A DNA stretch of 64,000 nucleotides from Microcoleus sp. (GTDB taxonomy: Bacteria > Cyanobacteriota > Cyanobacteriia > Cyanobacteriales > Microcoleaceae), in the NCBI GenBank assembly GCA_042408215.1, contig JAYFMW010000020.1, positions 1 through 64,000 of the forward strand, in the 5' to 3' direction. Below the pieces are notes generated by a model. That model had not been told where the DNA came from. It ran no database searches and saw only the letters and a list, made by a program, of their open reading frames with translations. How positions within the stretch are numbered: the stretch's first letter is position 1; every line of letters starts with the position of its first letter. Shown one piece after another: positions 1-9,471 of this stretch. The position numbers and the translations under genes were made by a program.

Positions 1-2742
1 CCCGGTGCGGGAACTAGCCCGGTTTTCTGTCTCTATCAAAATGAGAAAGGCGAAAGCGTTTTAGTCTTCGATGGGGACGGAACTGGCCCTGCTCCTACTG
101 TCACTGTGGCGAATTTGGGTACTGCTGTTACCAGTTTGGGAACGGCGGACTTTGTGTTTACAGCTAGTGCAACTCCTCCACCTCCACCTCCGGCGAATAA
201 CAGTATTGTTGACTTAAATGCTGCTGGGAATACTTTCCCTGTCGCCTTTAACAACTTCGGTTCTGGTGCTGGCGGTTACAACTTTAGCACTCCTGTCTTA
301 TTTATCGGCAATGACAGTGTTAATAACGTCACAGGTACTGCCTTTGCTGATATTTTGAGCGGCGGTTCTGGTGCCGATCTTCTCAACGGTGGCCTCGGTG
401 CAGATACTCTCAACGGTGGCTTCGGTGCAGATTTGCTCACTGGCGGTTCTGGTGCTAATCTCTTTGTTTACAATGGCCCATTGGACGGCGGTGATACTAT
501 TACCGACTTCGCCTTTGGGGTTGACAAATTGCAGTTTGTCAGCGGTGCTTTCGGGAATTTGACTACGACTAACTTTGACGGTGTTAGCGGTAGTGCTCCT
601 GATATTACTGGCCAAGAGTTGGTGATTTTCACCGGTGGAACTTATGCAAGTGTAGAAGCTGCACAAGCTTCTGCGACTGGAAGTTCTACAAGCGCTGGTT
701 TCTTCGCATTTAGTAATGCGGCTAATGAGACAGTGTTGGTGTTTGACTCGAACGGTACGGCGGCGGGTGGTTTTACCACTGTGGCTAATTTTGGTACTGC
801 TACCGGCAGTTTGGTAGCGGCGGACTTTGTATTTACAGCGTCCATACCTTCTTTAACTCCTCCACCTCCACCTCCGGCGAATAACAGTATTGTTGACTTA
901 AATGCTGCTGGGAATACTTTCCCCGTCGCCTTTAACAACTTCGGTTCTGGTGCTGGCGGTTACAACTTTAGCACTCCTGTCTTATTTATCGGCAATGACA
1001 GTGTTAATAACGTCACCGGTACTGCCTTTGCTGATATTTTGAGCGGCGGTTCAGGTGCCGATCTTCTCAACGGTGGCCTCGGTGCAGATACTCTCAACGG
1101 TGGCTTCGGTGCAGATTTGCTCACTGGCGGTTCTGGTGCTAATCTCTTTGTTTACAATGGCCCATTGGACGGCGGTGATACTATTACCGACTTCGCCTTT
1201 GGGGTTGACAAATTGCAGTTTGTCAGCGGTGCTTTCGGCAATTTGACTACGACTAACTTTGATGCTGTTAGCGGTAGTGCTCCTGATATTACTGGCAAAG
1301 AATTGGTGATTTTCACCGGTGGAACTTATGCCACTGTAGAAGCTGCACAAGCTTCTGCGACTGGGAATTCTACAAGCGCTGGTTTCTTCGCATTTAGTAA
1401 TGCGGCTAATGAAACGGTGTTGGTGTTTGACTCGAACGGTACGGCGGCGGGTGGTTTTACCACTGTGGCGAATTTTGGTACTGCTACTGGTAGTTTGGTA
1501 GCGGCGGACTTTGTGTTTACAGGTTCAGGAGCCTCTTTAACTCCTCCACCTCCACCTCCGGCGAATAACAGTATTGTTGACTTAAATGCTGCTGGGAATA
1601 CTTTCCCTGTCGCCTTTAACAACTTCGGTTCTGGTGCTGGCGGTTACAACTTTAGCACTCCTGTCTTATTTACAGGTAATGCGGATGTAAATAACGTCAC
1701 CGGTACTGACTTTGCTGATATTTTGAACGGCGGTTCAGGTGCCGATCTTCTCAACGGCGGGGCGGGCAACGACACGATCGTCGGTGGTTTTGCGTCTGAT
1801 ACGATACTTGGCGGTGCAGACAACGACAGCCTGAGCGGTATCTTTAGTCTAGGCTCCGGTGGAGACGGCAACGATACGATCAATGCCAATGGCACTTTTG
1901 GTACTAATCCTGCTTCTATTACTCTCGAAGGTGGCCTGGGGAACGATTCCTTATTTGGCAATTCTAATCCCGGTGTCACCAACTTCATGAACGGTGGCGC
2001 TGGGAATGACACAATCATCTTTGGCTCCACCGGCGATAAGTTGATTGGCGACTTTGCGGGCGACGACTTCATCTCCTATTCCAGTGTTAGCTTTACCTTT
2101 GGTAGTACGACGAACATTATTACTGACACCTTGGGCAACAACTTCATCGATGGCGGCAACGGCACTGATGTCTTTACTACCGGTGACGGGAATGACGTAC
2201 TGTTCGGTCGGGAGGGAGACGATACCTTGAATGCCGGTGGCGGGAACGACACGCTGTTCGGCGACGTTGGGAACGACTATTTGATCGGCGGTGATGGTAA
2301 CGACTCTCTCGCCGGCGGGGCCGGTGCTGACACGCTGATTGGCGGATCGGGTGATGACAGCTTCTACTACAACAACTTCGGCGAGGGCGTCACGCTCGAC
2401 CCCGTCACCGGCGTCCCCGTCACTACCGGCTTTGGTATCAACCCAGACCAAATCGGCGATTTTACGCCCGGTCAAGACAAGTTTATCTTACAGTCCAGCC
2501 AATTCGGCTTTGGTACAGTTAGTGTGCCAAGTCGCATAGCTTCTCAGTCGTTCTTTACGGTTGACGCTGGGACTTACAACAGCACTACGCCAGCTCCAGC
2601 AGGATCACCGTTAATGGTTTACGAAGCTGCAAATGGCAGGCTGCTGTACGATGCTGACGGCCAGGGTGGTAAAGATGCTATTTACCTTGCACTTCTGGCC
2701 GGCACACCGAGCCTTACTGTGAATGACATTACCCTGATTTAA
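1..2742 (+). CDS. Large RTX/hemolysin-type calcium-binding repeat protein (5'-truncated by window edge)
   Basis: Frame is open from base 1 (PGAGTSPVF...). Many GGxGxDxL nonapeptides and a C-terminal LLYDADG motif typical of cyanobacterial type I-secreted proteins. Confidence 0.9.
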   Translation, partial: PGAGTSPVFCLYQNEKGESVLVFDGDGTGPAPTVTVANLGTAVTSLGTADFVFTASATPPPPPPANNSIVDLNAAGNTFPVAFNNFGSGAGGYNFSTPVLFIGNDSVNNVTGTAFADILSGGSGADLLNGGLGADTLNGGFGADLLTGGSGANLFVYNGPLDGGDTITDFAFGVDKLQFVSGAFGNLTTTNFDGVSGSAPDITGQELVIFTGGTYASVEAAQASATGSSTSAGFFAFSNAANETVLVFDSNGTAAGGFTTVANFGTATGSLVAADFVFTASIPSLTPPPPPPANNSIVDLNAAGNTFPVAFNNFGSGAGGYNFSTPVLFIGNDSVNNVTGTAFADILSGGSGADLLNGGLGADTLNGGFGADLLTGGSGANLFVYNGPLDGGDTITDFAFGVDKLQFVSGAFGNLTTTNFDAVSGSAPDITGKELVIFTGGTYATVEAAQASATGNSTSAGFFAFSNAANETVLVFDSNGTAAGGFTTVANFGTATGSLVAADFVFTGSGASLTPPPPPPANNSIVDLNAAGNTFPVAFNNFGSGAGGYNFSTPVLFTGNADVNNVTGTDFADILNGGSGADLLNGGAGNDTIVGGFASDTILGGADNDSLSGIFSLGSGGDGNDTINANGTFGTNPASITLEGGLGNDSLFGNSNPGVTNFMNGGAGNDTIIFGSTGDKLIGDFAGDDFISYSSVSFTFGSTTNIITDTLGNNFIDGGNGTDVFTTGDGNDVLFGREGDDTLNAGGGNDTLFGDVGNDYLIGGDGNDSLAGGAGADTLIGGSGDDSFYYNNFGEGVTLDPVTGVPVTTGFGINPDQIGDFTPGQDKFILQSSQFGFGTVSVPSRIASQSFFTVDAGTYNSTTPAPAGSPLMVYEAANGRLLYDADGQGGKDAIYLALLAGTPSLTVNDITLI
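172..1760 (+). repeat. 684-bp (228-aa) intragenic tandem repeat, about 2.3 copies
   Basis: actcctccacctccacctccggcgaataac starts at 172, 856 and 1540. Units are nearly identical. Confidence 0.95.
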
Positions 2743-2816
2743 TTTGGGTAGGAGTGGGTACTCGATTCTGAAAATATCGTCCTACCAACTCTAAAAACTA
2801 ATTGTGCTATGTTTCG

Positions 2817-2845
2817 AGCTGGGGATATGTATCCCTGGCTTTTTT
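2817..2845 (+). terminator. Probable intrinsic terminator
   Basis: AGCTGGGGAT-ATGT-ATCCCTGGCT hairpin followed by a T-run, 75 bp after the RTX gene stop. Confidence 0.6.
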
Positions 2846-2860
2846 GTGGGCATCAGCCTT

Positions 2861-2924
2861 GTAGGGTGCGTCGCTATCAGATTTTTTAGGTTCCCAAGTA
2901 GATTGCTGATGGCGACGCACCCTA
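2861..2924. repeat. Inverted GTAG-type REP pair (REPIN-like)
   Basis: gtagggtgcgtcgc...gcgacgcacccta. Related pairs at about 33183-33240, 52002-52066 and 61441-61505. Confidence 0.75.
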
Positions 2925-2940
2925 GGATATCTAAAACCAA

Positions 2941-3005
2941 AGAAACCGGGTTTTTTGCGGTTTTTGCGGGCTGTAACACGTCTTCTCTGCAAAAACCCGG
3001 TTTCT
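2941..3005. repeat. Palindromic agaaaccgggtttt repeat
   Basis: Inverted agaaaccgggttttttgc...gcaaaaacccggtttct. Relatives at about 54984-55020 and 56935-57006. Confidence 0.7.
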
Positions 3006-3031
3006 GATTACTCGTGCGTCCAGGGTAAATC

Positions 3032-3823
3032 TTATTTTGCTTCTAGCTGCTGCCGCCATTTGCTGCTAATTACATCTATTACTGTCACTACAACTAACAG
3101 CACTAACATCATTGTTGTGGCTTTGTTGTATTCAAAAGCTCGAATATAATTGACTAACTCAAAGCCAATTCCGCCGGCACCGACTACTCCTAAAACCGAA
3201 GCAGCGCGGATGTTATATTCAAACATCCACAGCGTATAGCCCAATGCTAGGGGCAATACTTGCGGGAAAATTCCATATTGGGCAACTTGCAGCCAAGATG
3301 CACCTCCTACTTGCAATGATTCGATCGATCGCACTTCTACTGATTCGATCGCCTCCTGGTAAAATTTAGCCAGATAGCCGATCGTATAAATTCCCAAGGC
3401 CAACGTACCCGCCGGCGCACCCAAACCTGTTGCCGATACAAACAGCAACCCTAACACAATTGAAGGCACGGATCGCACCGCATTTTGGATGAAATTAGCT
3501 GGCCATTGCAACCAAGGGGGTGCTATGTTGTGGGCGCTGCAAATAGCAATTGGTACAGAAATAATTGCCCCGATTGTTGTTCCCCATAAGGACATTTGAA
3601 TTGTCTCAATCAATGCCTTAATTGCTACATCTATAATTTCGAGATTCGGAGGCCACAAACGGGAGATAAAATCAGTTATGTAAGGCCAACTGCTAGCTAA
3701 GGTTGTCGCATCTATTTCTAATCCTCGCAGCGCCCAACCGTAAACTAAAATTACACCTGCTGCAATACCGAGATTTTTGATCCAGCCATTTTTTGAGAAA
3801 TTACTTGATTTTTTTTCGGTCAT
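3032..3823 (-). CDS. phnE: Phosphonate-type ABC transporter permease
   Basis: RSVPSIV, EAIE and FEYNIRAASVLGVVGAGGIG motifs typical of PhnE. Confidence 0.9.
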   Translation of the reverse strand: MTEKKSSNFSKNGWIKNLGIAAGVILVYGWALRGLEIDATTLASSWPYITDFISRLWPPNLEIIDVAIKALIETIQMSLWGTTIGAIISVPIAICSAHNIAPPWLQWPANFIQNAVRSVPSIVLGLLFVSATGLGAPAGTLALGIYTIGYLAKFYQEAIESVEVRSIESLQVGGASWLQVAQYGIFPQVLPLALGYTLWMFEYNIRAASVLGVVGAGGIGFELVNYIRAFEYNKATTMMLVLLVVVTVIDVISSKWRQQLEAK

Positions 3824-3947
3824 CTTTGTTTGTTTTTAAATTTATGTACACCGATTTTTTTTGTTTGGTGAAGGGGCTTTTTTTAAATTAACCGCAGAGG
3901 GCGCAGAGGGCACAGAGGGAGAGTGGAGAAGAGTGGAGTTGAGCTTG

Positions 3948-4673
3948 CTATTTTTTTGATTTGCTGAATTTTTCTGACAAGTTGTGACATTTGCCATCAT
4001 AGATTATTTGACCGGCGTCGAGGACGATCGCCCTTTCGGGATATGTGCTCGCCATGCCTAAGTCGTGCAATACTACAACTACTGTCATTCCTTGTTCGCT
4101 GTGCAGTTTAGCCAAAATTTCCATTACTTGTTGGGCTGCGATGACATCTAATCCGGTGGTGGGTTCGTCGGCTAATAAAATCTGTGGAGATTGAATTAAG
4201 GCGCGGGCGATCGCCACTTTTTGCTGTTGTCCGCCGCTGAGTTGTCCGGTTTTTTGATATGCTAGGTCTTGGAGTCCGAAATTTGCTAGTAATTCAAACG
4301 CTCGATCGCGCTGTTTTTTCGGAAAACCCCACAGTGTCTGCCAAGTATTTAAACTTCCTAAACAACCGCACAACACATTCTCGATCGCCTGGGACTGCTT
4401 CACTAAACCGCCTCCTTGAAAAATCAAGCCGATATCCCGACGAATTCGGGCGATCGTGCGCGTATTCATCACAATATCGTTAATCCGAATCTCTCCGGTT
4501 TTGACGGGTACTAAGCCGACAAAGGAGCGCAATAGGGTGGATTTTCCTGCACCGTTTAAACCCAGTAGCCCTACAAATTCGCCCTGTTTGATTTGGCAAT
4601 TAATCCCGTTGAGAATTGGGCGATTTAGCGATCGGGAATACGCTGTTTCTAAATTACAACATTCGATAGTCAT
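3948..4673 (-). CDS. phnC: Phosphonate-type ABC transporter ATP-binding protein
   Basis: Walker A GLNGAGKST, LSGGQQQ signature, Walker B LLADEP, operon context. Confidence 0.88.
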   Translation of the reverse strand: MTIECCNLETAYSRSLNRPILNGINCQIKQGEFVGLLGLNGAGKSTLLRSFVGLVPVKTGEIRINDIVMNTRTIARIRRDIGLIFQGGGLVKQSQAIENVLCGCLGSLNTWQTLWGFPKKQRDRAFELLANFGLQDLAYQKTGQLSGGQQQKVAIARALIQSPQILLADEPTTGLDVIAAQQVMEILAKLHSEQGMTVVVVLHDLGMASTYPERAIVLDAGQIIYDGKCHNLSEKFSKSKK

Positions 4674-4720
4674 GGCGGATATTTATTCACAAATTTAGTA
4701 ATTAATTTAAGGCCCCAGCG

Positions 4721-4749
4721 GTAGGGACACGGCAGTGCTGTGTCCCTAC
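4721..4749. repeat. GTAG REP hairpin
   Basis: gtagggacacggcagtgctgtgtccctac. Same family at 30545-30573 and around the nested elements at 40073, 55124 and 57212. Confidence 0.8.
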
Positions 4750-4772
4750 GGATTTCAGGTGCTACACGTAGA

Positions 4773-5747
4773 TTACGGCTCTAATTTGGCGCGCTGCAAA
4801 GCTTGGCGCAATGTTGATAAATGGCTGGTGTGATCGACTTTTACCAATTTTTGGGAATTGTACAAACTGCGGAACAATTGATTGTTTGCAGGCTCGTTTA
4901 ACTTCAGGAAAGCATTAATCAGTCTTTCTCGCATCGGTGCTGGAATGCGATCGTCTATCACAATTCCGTGGGCGGGAACTCCGGGAATTTGTTGCAGCAC
5001 TCGCAATTGTTTACCTTCTGCTGCTGTAATCCAAGGTGGTAGCAAAGCGTATTCTGAGACGGCTGCAACTTCTGCTTGACCTTTTAAAACTGCTTGTAAA
5101 GCGCTCCCGTAACCGTCTCCGTAGGTGACGTTTCCGAAGAAAGTTTCTAATCTATCTGGCCCTGAAACTAATCCTTGACCCACCAATTCTCCGACTGGGA
5201 AAATAAATCCCGAACCGGAAGTTCGAGAGGTGAAAGCCATTTTTTTGCCTTTCAATTGTTCGAGGGTTTGCTTTGTGGAACTTTTCGGACGCAGGGGGCT
5301 GTCTTGACGCACTACAAATACAGAATCGTAGGTATTTCCGCCGGAATAATCGCTGCGAACTTCCGCTAAATACATTCGTGCTTTTGCTAATTGTTCTGCT
5401 TTTAATGCCGCCCGCCCTGCTACAAATGCCACATCTGCTCTGTCTGCTCTCAAAGCTTCGACGGCTGCGGTTTCGTCGCCGATGACTGCTTCTACGGGTA
5501 TTCCGATTTCTTTTGAGAGTATTTGCGCTACTTGATTGGCTTTGTTTTGCAAATCAGTCGCATCTCTGCGGTTAGCAAAGACGATTCTAATGCGATTTAT
5601 GGGAGCTTGTGCTCTCCAATCTCGATCGCCCTGGGCCGTTGCTTGGGCGATCGCCTGTTGTCCCACTCCCACTGCATGAGCCGTCAAACCCCCTAGCAGC
5701 AATAATCCCGCGCTAGCGCTTGCCAGCACTTTTAACCCGATCTTCAT
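4773..5747 (-). CDS. phnD: PhnD/PtxB-family ABC substrate-binding protein
   Basis: Signal peptide after MKIGLK (ATG at 5747 with GGAG RBS), AFTSRTSGSGFIFP motif, operon with phnC and phnE. Confidence 0.8.
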   Translation of the reverse strand: MKIGLKVLASASAGLLLLGGLTAHAVGVGQQAIAQATAQGDRDWRAQAPINRIRIVFANRRDATDLQNKANQVAQILSKEIGIPVEAVIGDETAAVEALRADRADVAFVAGRAALKAEQLAKARMYLAEVRSDYSGGNTYDSVFVVRQDSPLRPKSSTKQTLEQLKGKKMAFTSRTSGSGFIFPVGELVGQGLVSGPDRLETFFGNVTYGDGYGSALQAVLKGQAEVAAVSEYALLPPWITAAEGKQLRVLQQIPGVPAHGIVIDDRIPAPMRERLINAFLKLNEPANNQLFRSLYNSQKLVKVDHTSHLSTLRQALQRAKLEP

Positions 5748-5788
5748 TAATCGCTCTCCTATGTAAACACAAACGCCACTTAAGTAGT

Positions 5789-5895
5789 TGATAATAACTA
5801 GCAATAACTTGAGTTCAGTTTAAAGCTTTTTTCACAAAAATCGCAACAGTTAATGATAAGTATTTGCAATTATTAAGATAATAAAAACTTATCAA
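5789..5895. promoter_or_regulatory. Candidate Fur-family (Fur/Zur/PerR) operators
   Basis: TGATAATAACTAGCA (5789-5803), TGATAAGTATTTGCA (5854-5868) and a weaker third site near 5880-5895 resemble the 7-1-7 TGATAATnATTATCA box. Confidence 0.5.
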
Positions 5896-6035
5896 TTAAG
5901 CAGAACCCTCGGCTGGTAATGTGGTGCTGTGTGGCTCTGGAATTCTCCAGTCGAACCGACTTGAGTGTTAGCAGCGACTGCTTTGTAGCTTCTCTGATAA
6001 AATGCTTGCACAGCAAACTTGGATAACACAGCACA

Positions 6036-6341
6036 ATGTCTGAAGAAACAAACTCAGCGGCTCAATCTACAACTGGTGCAGATGCGATCGATATTGCGAT
6101 CGCCTCTGGCATCGATTTTGACGGCACTCCGATTCCCAAGGCCAAATTAGACCTTTACGAGCAAGTGATGGGGTTAGAAGCGGGGAGACAGCGCAGTGGC
6201 GTGTCAAATACCATGCGATCGCGCATTGTCCGCATCGGTGTCAAACACCTTCCTCAAGCAGAACTAGATCAAATGCTCATCGCCGCCGACTTTGCACCGC
6301 TTAAAGAGAAAGAAATCGCTTTTTATTATGGCGCTAAGTAA
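6036..6341 (+). CDS. DUF4090-family conserved cyanobacterial protein
   Basis: GADAIDxAIxxGIDFDGxPIP...RQRSGVxNTMRSRIVRIG pattern, recognised from memory. Confidence 0.8.
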   Translation: MSEETNSAAQSTTGADAIDIAIASGIDFDGTPIPKAKLDLYEQVMGLEAGRQRSGVSNTMRSRIVRIGVKHLPQAELDQMLIAADFAPLKEKEIAFYYGAK

Positions 6342-6495
6342 ATAGCATTGATCCGGCTTATATCATGTCCGGTTGCATCCTTCGTGTATGGGCGGGGCGG
6401 GTTTATGAGATTCTGAGTTTTCAACAATTCTGGTTGGTAAAACCCGCCCCTACAGCATCAAAAACATTCTTCAACCTACGCTATCGGACAGGATA

Positions 6496-7407
6496 TTACT
6501 CCGGCTTCAAAGCGCGTTCCATCAGCGCCACAACGGCTTGTTTGGGAGTAATTTCACCATTTAATAAGCGATAAACTTGACGAGAAACAGGCACTTCAAT
6601 GCCGCGTTGATTAGCTAAATCAATCAACACATTGGTAGTATTAACTCCCTCAGCAGTGCTCTGCAATTCGTGCAAAATTTGCTCTAAAGATTTGCCCTTA
6701 GCCAATCCGAAACCAACCCGATAATTGCGCGACAAAGAACTATTGCAAGTAGCGAGTAAATCTCCCAAACCAGACAAACCATAAAAAGTTTCCGCCCTAG
6801 CTTCCAGACGAACGCCAACTCGAATCATTTCTGGCAAAGCGCGAGTTAGCAAAGCAGATTTAGCATTAGTTCCTAATTGTAAACCGTCGCAAACACCAGC
6901 GGCGATCGCAAATACATTTTTCAGGGTTCCACCTAACTCAGTTCCCAGGGGGTCTTGATTGACATAAACCCGAAAAGTTTCGGAACTGAAGGTATTTTGC
7001 ACTTGCTTAGCCGCCGACAAATCAAAACTAGCAGCTACCGTTGCGGCCGGCAATCCCTGCTGAATTTCTTCGGAAAGATTGGGCCCGGAAAGTACGACAA
7101 TTGAATTATGAGGAAAAGCATTCTGCCAAATTTGAGAAGGAGTGCGCGTAGTCGCGGGGTCTAAACCTTTGGTAACAGTAACTATAATTGTACTAGGACT
7201 TAACTGTAAAGCCAAAAGTCGATCGACTGTGGCGGCCACCCCTTTCATCGAAACTGCCGAAACAACAATATCCGTACTTGTTATAACAGAGTCTAACTCA
7301 AAAGAACTGCGGCGCGACCACAAATGAACTTGATTACCTTTTTTAGTTGCTAGATTTGCCAAGGCTGAGCCCCAAGCACCTCCGCCTAATATTGTCAAGA
7401 TTGCCAT
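6496..7407 (-). CDS. gpsA: NAD(P)H-dependent glycerol-3-phosphate dehydrogenase
   Basis: GGGAWG Rossmann motif, SGPNLS, GGTLKNV, GLGDLLATC and SRNY. Confidence 0.95.
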   Translation of the reverse strand: MAILTILGGGAWGSALANLATKKGNQVHLWSRRSSFELDSVITSTDIVVSAVSMKGVAATVDRLLALQLSPSTIIVTVTKGLDPATTRTPSQIWQNAFPHNSIVVLSGPNLSEEIQQGLPAATVAASFDLSAAKQVQNTFSSETFRVYVNQDPLGTELGGTLKNVFAIAAGVCDGLQLGTNAKSALLTRALPEMIRVGVRLEARAETFYGLSGLGDLLATCNSSLSRNYRVGFGLAKGKSLEQILHELQSTAEGVNTTNVLIDLANQRGIEVPVSRQVYRLLNGEITPKQAVVALMERALKPE

Positions 7408-7508
7408 TTGGATTTGGGTAATAGGTAATGGGGAATTGGGAATTGGGAATTGGTAATTGGTAATGGGGTATTAGTGATAATTTCAAGTCTTAAATTATGA
7501 ACTCTTTA

Positions 7509-7634
7509 ACTCAAAACTCAGGGCGGGCCAGGGGGCACCGCCCCTACAACACTCAAAACTCAGGGCGGGCCAGGGGGCACCGCCCCTACAACACTCAAAA
7601 CTCAGGGCGGGCACGGGGGCACCGCCCCTACAAC
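7509..7634. repeat. 3 x 42-bp tandem REP units
   Basis: actcaaaactcagggcgggccagggggcaccgcccctacaac at 7509, 7551 and 7593. Reads GTAGGGGCGG... on the minus strand. Confidence 0.9.
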
Positions 7635-8068
7635 TATGCTTCCAATTGCGGGCGCAATCGGTAATGACGGTAACGCCAATAATCTCGTAAAATGCGATCG
7701 TGATCGAAACAAAGTTCAGCAGGAATTTGCCAAGATTCAAAAACTTCTAAATTTTTAGCATCATCAGCGGCTTCAGGAATTCCCGTTGCGGATGCTAAGA
7801 ATACAACGCTGATCGTGTGTTGTCGGGGGTCGCGATTTGGGTCAGAATAAACGTAGAATTGCTCGATTAATTCTACCTTTAATCCTGTTTCTTCGAGAGC
7901 TTCGCGTTTAGCCGCTGTTTCTGCGGACTCACCCATATCCATGAAGCCGCCGGGGAGAGCCCAGCCGTAGGGGGGATTGCGACGTTCGATGAGTACGATC
8001 GGGCGGTGGGGGCGATCGACCAATTCGATGATAATATCAACTGTAGGGGTAGGATTTTCGTAAGTCAT
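7634..8068 (-). CDS. NUDIX hydrolase (ADP-ribose pyrophosphatase-like)
   Basis: Nudix box [22 protein letters not shown] and RDPRQH. Start moved to MTYENP at 8068 because the upstream extension is repeat DNA. Confidence 0.9.
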   Translation of the reverse strand: MTYENPTPTVDIIIELVDRPHRPIVLIERRNPPYGWALPGGFMDMGESAETAAKREALEETGLKVELIEQFYVYSDPNRDPRQHTISVVFLASATGIPEAADDAKNLEVFESWQIPAELCFDHDRILRDYWRYRHYRLRPQLEA

Positions 8069-8160
8069 TGGGTTGGGGAATGGGGCATGGGGAATGGGGC
8101 ATGGGTCATTGGTCATTAATGATTTTATTATGTAATTAATCACAAACAACAAATAACAAG

Positions 8161-8368
8161 TAACCCTTCGACTACGCGGCGGTTGGTGCCCTTCGACTAC
8201 GCACGCGCCTACCATCGCACGCTCGCCCTTCGGCTACGCGAGCGGATAAACTCCGCCGGAGTGTCGAACCATTCCTGAGCGGAGTCGAAGGGCTGGGCGC
8301 AGCAAATAACAAATAACCAATAACCAATAACCAATAACCAATAACCAATAACCAATAACAACTAACAA
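8161..8368. repeat. Cluster of short dispersed repeats plus (AATAACC)n STRR
   Basis: Several ccttcgactacgc / ctgagcggagtcgaagg units. A similar cluster lies at about 37050-37345. Confidence 0.75.
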
Positions 8369-8373
8369 ACATT

Positions 8374-9369
8374 ATGCCTAAATGGATGGAAAAAGTTTTG
8401 GGTGTCGGTACAGTTACTATTCTCCTATTAGGCGCAACTGGATATTGGTACGTTTTTATTGCAGGAGCACCTCAGTTAGACCCTCCGAAAGTAGTCACCG
8501 ATGCCAACTTGAATTTTGAACTAAAAACATATAAAAGTGCGGCTATGAATTTAGAGCGCACTTACGGCTTAATTTTACCTCCAGGGTACGCAAAAAATCC
8601 CAAACAGCGCTATCCAGTCATTTTTTTGTTACACGGGGGACACGGAGACGCACGCGCTTATCAAGACAAGGCTGCTGTTACTTCTGTGCTTCACGACTTG
8701 TATAAAAGCAAACGATTGCCGCCCTCAATTATAATTACTCCAGACGGAAACGACCAGCGGGGTACGAGTCCTTTCTGGGACCCGCAGTATTTTGATGGGC
8801 CGAATGGTCGGGTGGGAAGTGCGATCGGCTCTGAATTGGTTTCTGAGATAAAATCGCGCTATCGAACCCTGGAAGACCCCAAATTCTGGGCAATGGGAGG
8901 ACAATCGTCGGGGGGTTGGGGTGCTTTTAATATCGGTTTGCGCTACTTGAATAATTTTAATATTCTGTTCAGCCACAGTGGCTATTTTATCGATCAAAGC
9001 GGCAAGGCTAACAGTCCAAAATACTTAGTCGATCAACTTTCTGTTAAAGACAGACAAAGACTCCGCGCTTATTTGGATGCTGGGGAAGGAGACGAGAAAT
9101 TTCTCACATCAACTCAGCAGTTTCACGAGCAATTAAACAGTTTGGGTATTGCTAATCAGTTTAAAAAATTTCCGGGGGGACACGGGATTGTCGGCCCGGA
9201 TGTCGGTTGGAATTATTGGCATAAGCATTTAGCGGATTCTTTGAGTTATGTTGGAAAACAGTTTAATACCAATTTAATGAGTCGTTGCACATATCCCGAT
9301 CCCCCTAAATCCCCCTTAATAAGGGGGACTTTTAGTAACTCTTGTCCCCCCCTTATTAAGGGGGGTTAG
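8374..9369 (+). CDS. Membrane-anchored esterase (alpha/beta hydrolase)
   Basis: N-terminal TM helix, YPVIFLLHG, GQSSGG nucleophile elbow, PGGH. The last ~33 aa are encoded by a MITE. Confidence 0.85.
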   Translation: MPKWMEKVLGVGTVTILLLGATGYWYVFIAGAPQLDPPKVVTDANLNFELKTYKSAAMNLERTYGLILPPGYAKNPKQRYPVIFLLHGGHGDARAYQDKAAVTSVLHDLYKSKRLPPSIIITPDGNDQRGTSPFWDPQYFDGPNGRVGSAIGSELVSEIKSRYRTLEDPKFWAMGGQSSGGWGAFNIGLRYLNNFNILFSHSGYFIDQSGKANSPKYLVDQLSVKDRQRLRAYLDAGEGDEKFLTSTQQFHEQLNSLGIANQFKKFPGGHGIVGPDVGWNYWHKHLADSLSYVGKQFNTNLMSRCTYPDPPKSPLIRGTFSNSCPPLIKGG

Positions 9370-9408
9370 GGGGGATCAGATTCTATGCAGCCTCATAAAA
9401 AATTGGTT
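9267..9408. mobile_element. MITE (taccaattt...aattggt) with palindromic GATCCCCC core
   Basis: A second copy at 38841-39005 has the same termini and core. Confidence 0.75.
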
Positions 9409-9471
9409 TAACATATCACTGAGCGCACAGAAAAAATAGAAGATAGCAAATAGCAAATAAAAAGGTGAACT

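Noticed and set aside
36..2539. Antisense and alternative-frame ORFs over the first RTX gene
   Set aside because: Codon-bias shadows that recur with the 684-bp period.
7509..7634. Possible CRISPR array
   Set aside because: Units are contiguous with no unique spacers, no cas genes are present, and the unit is a REP hairpin.
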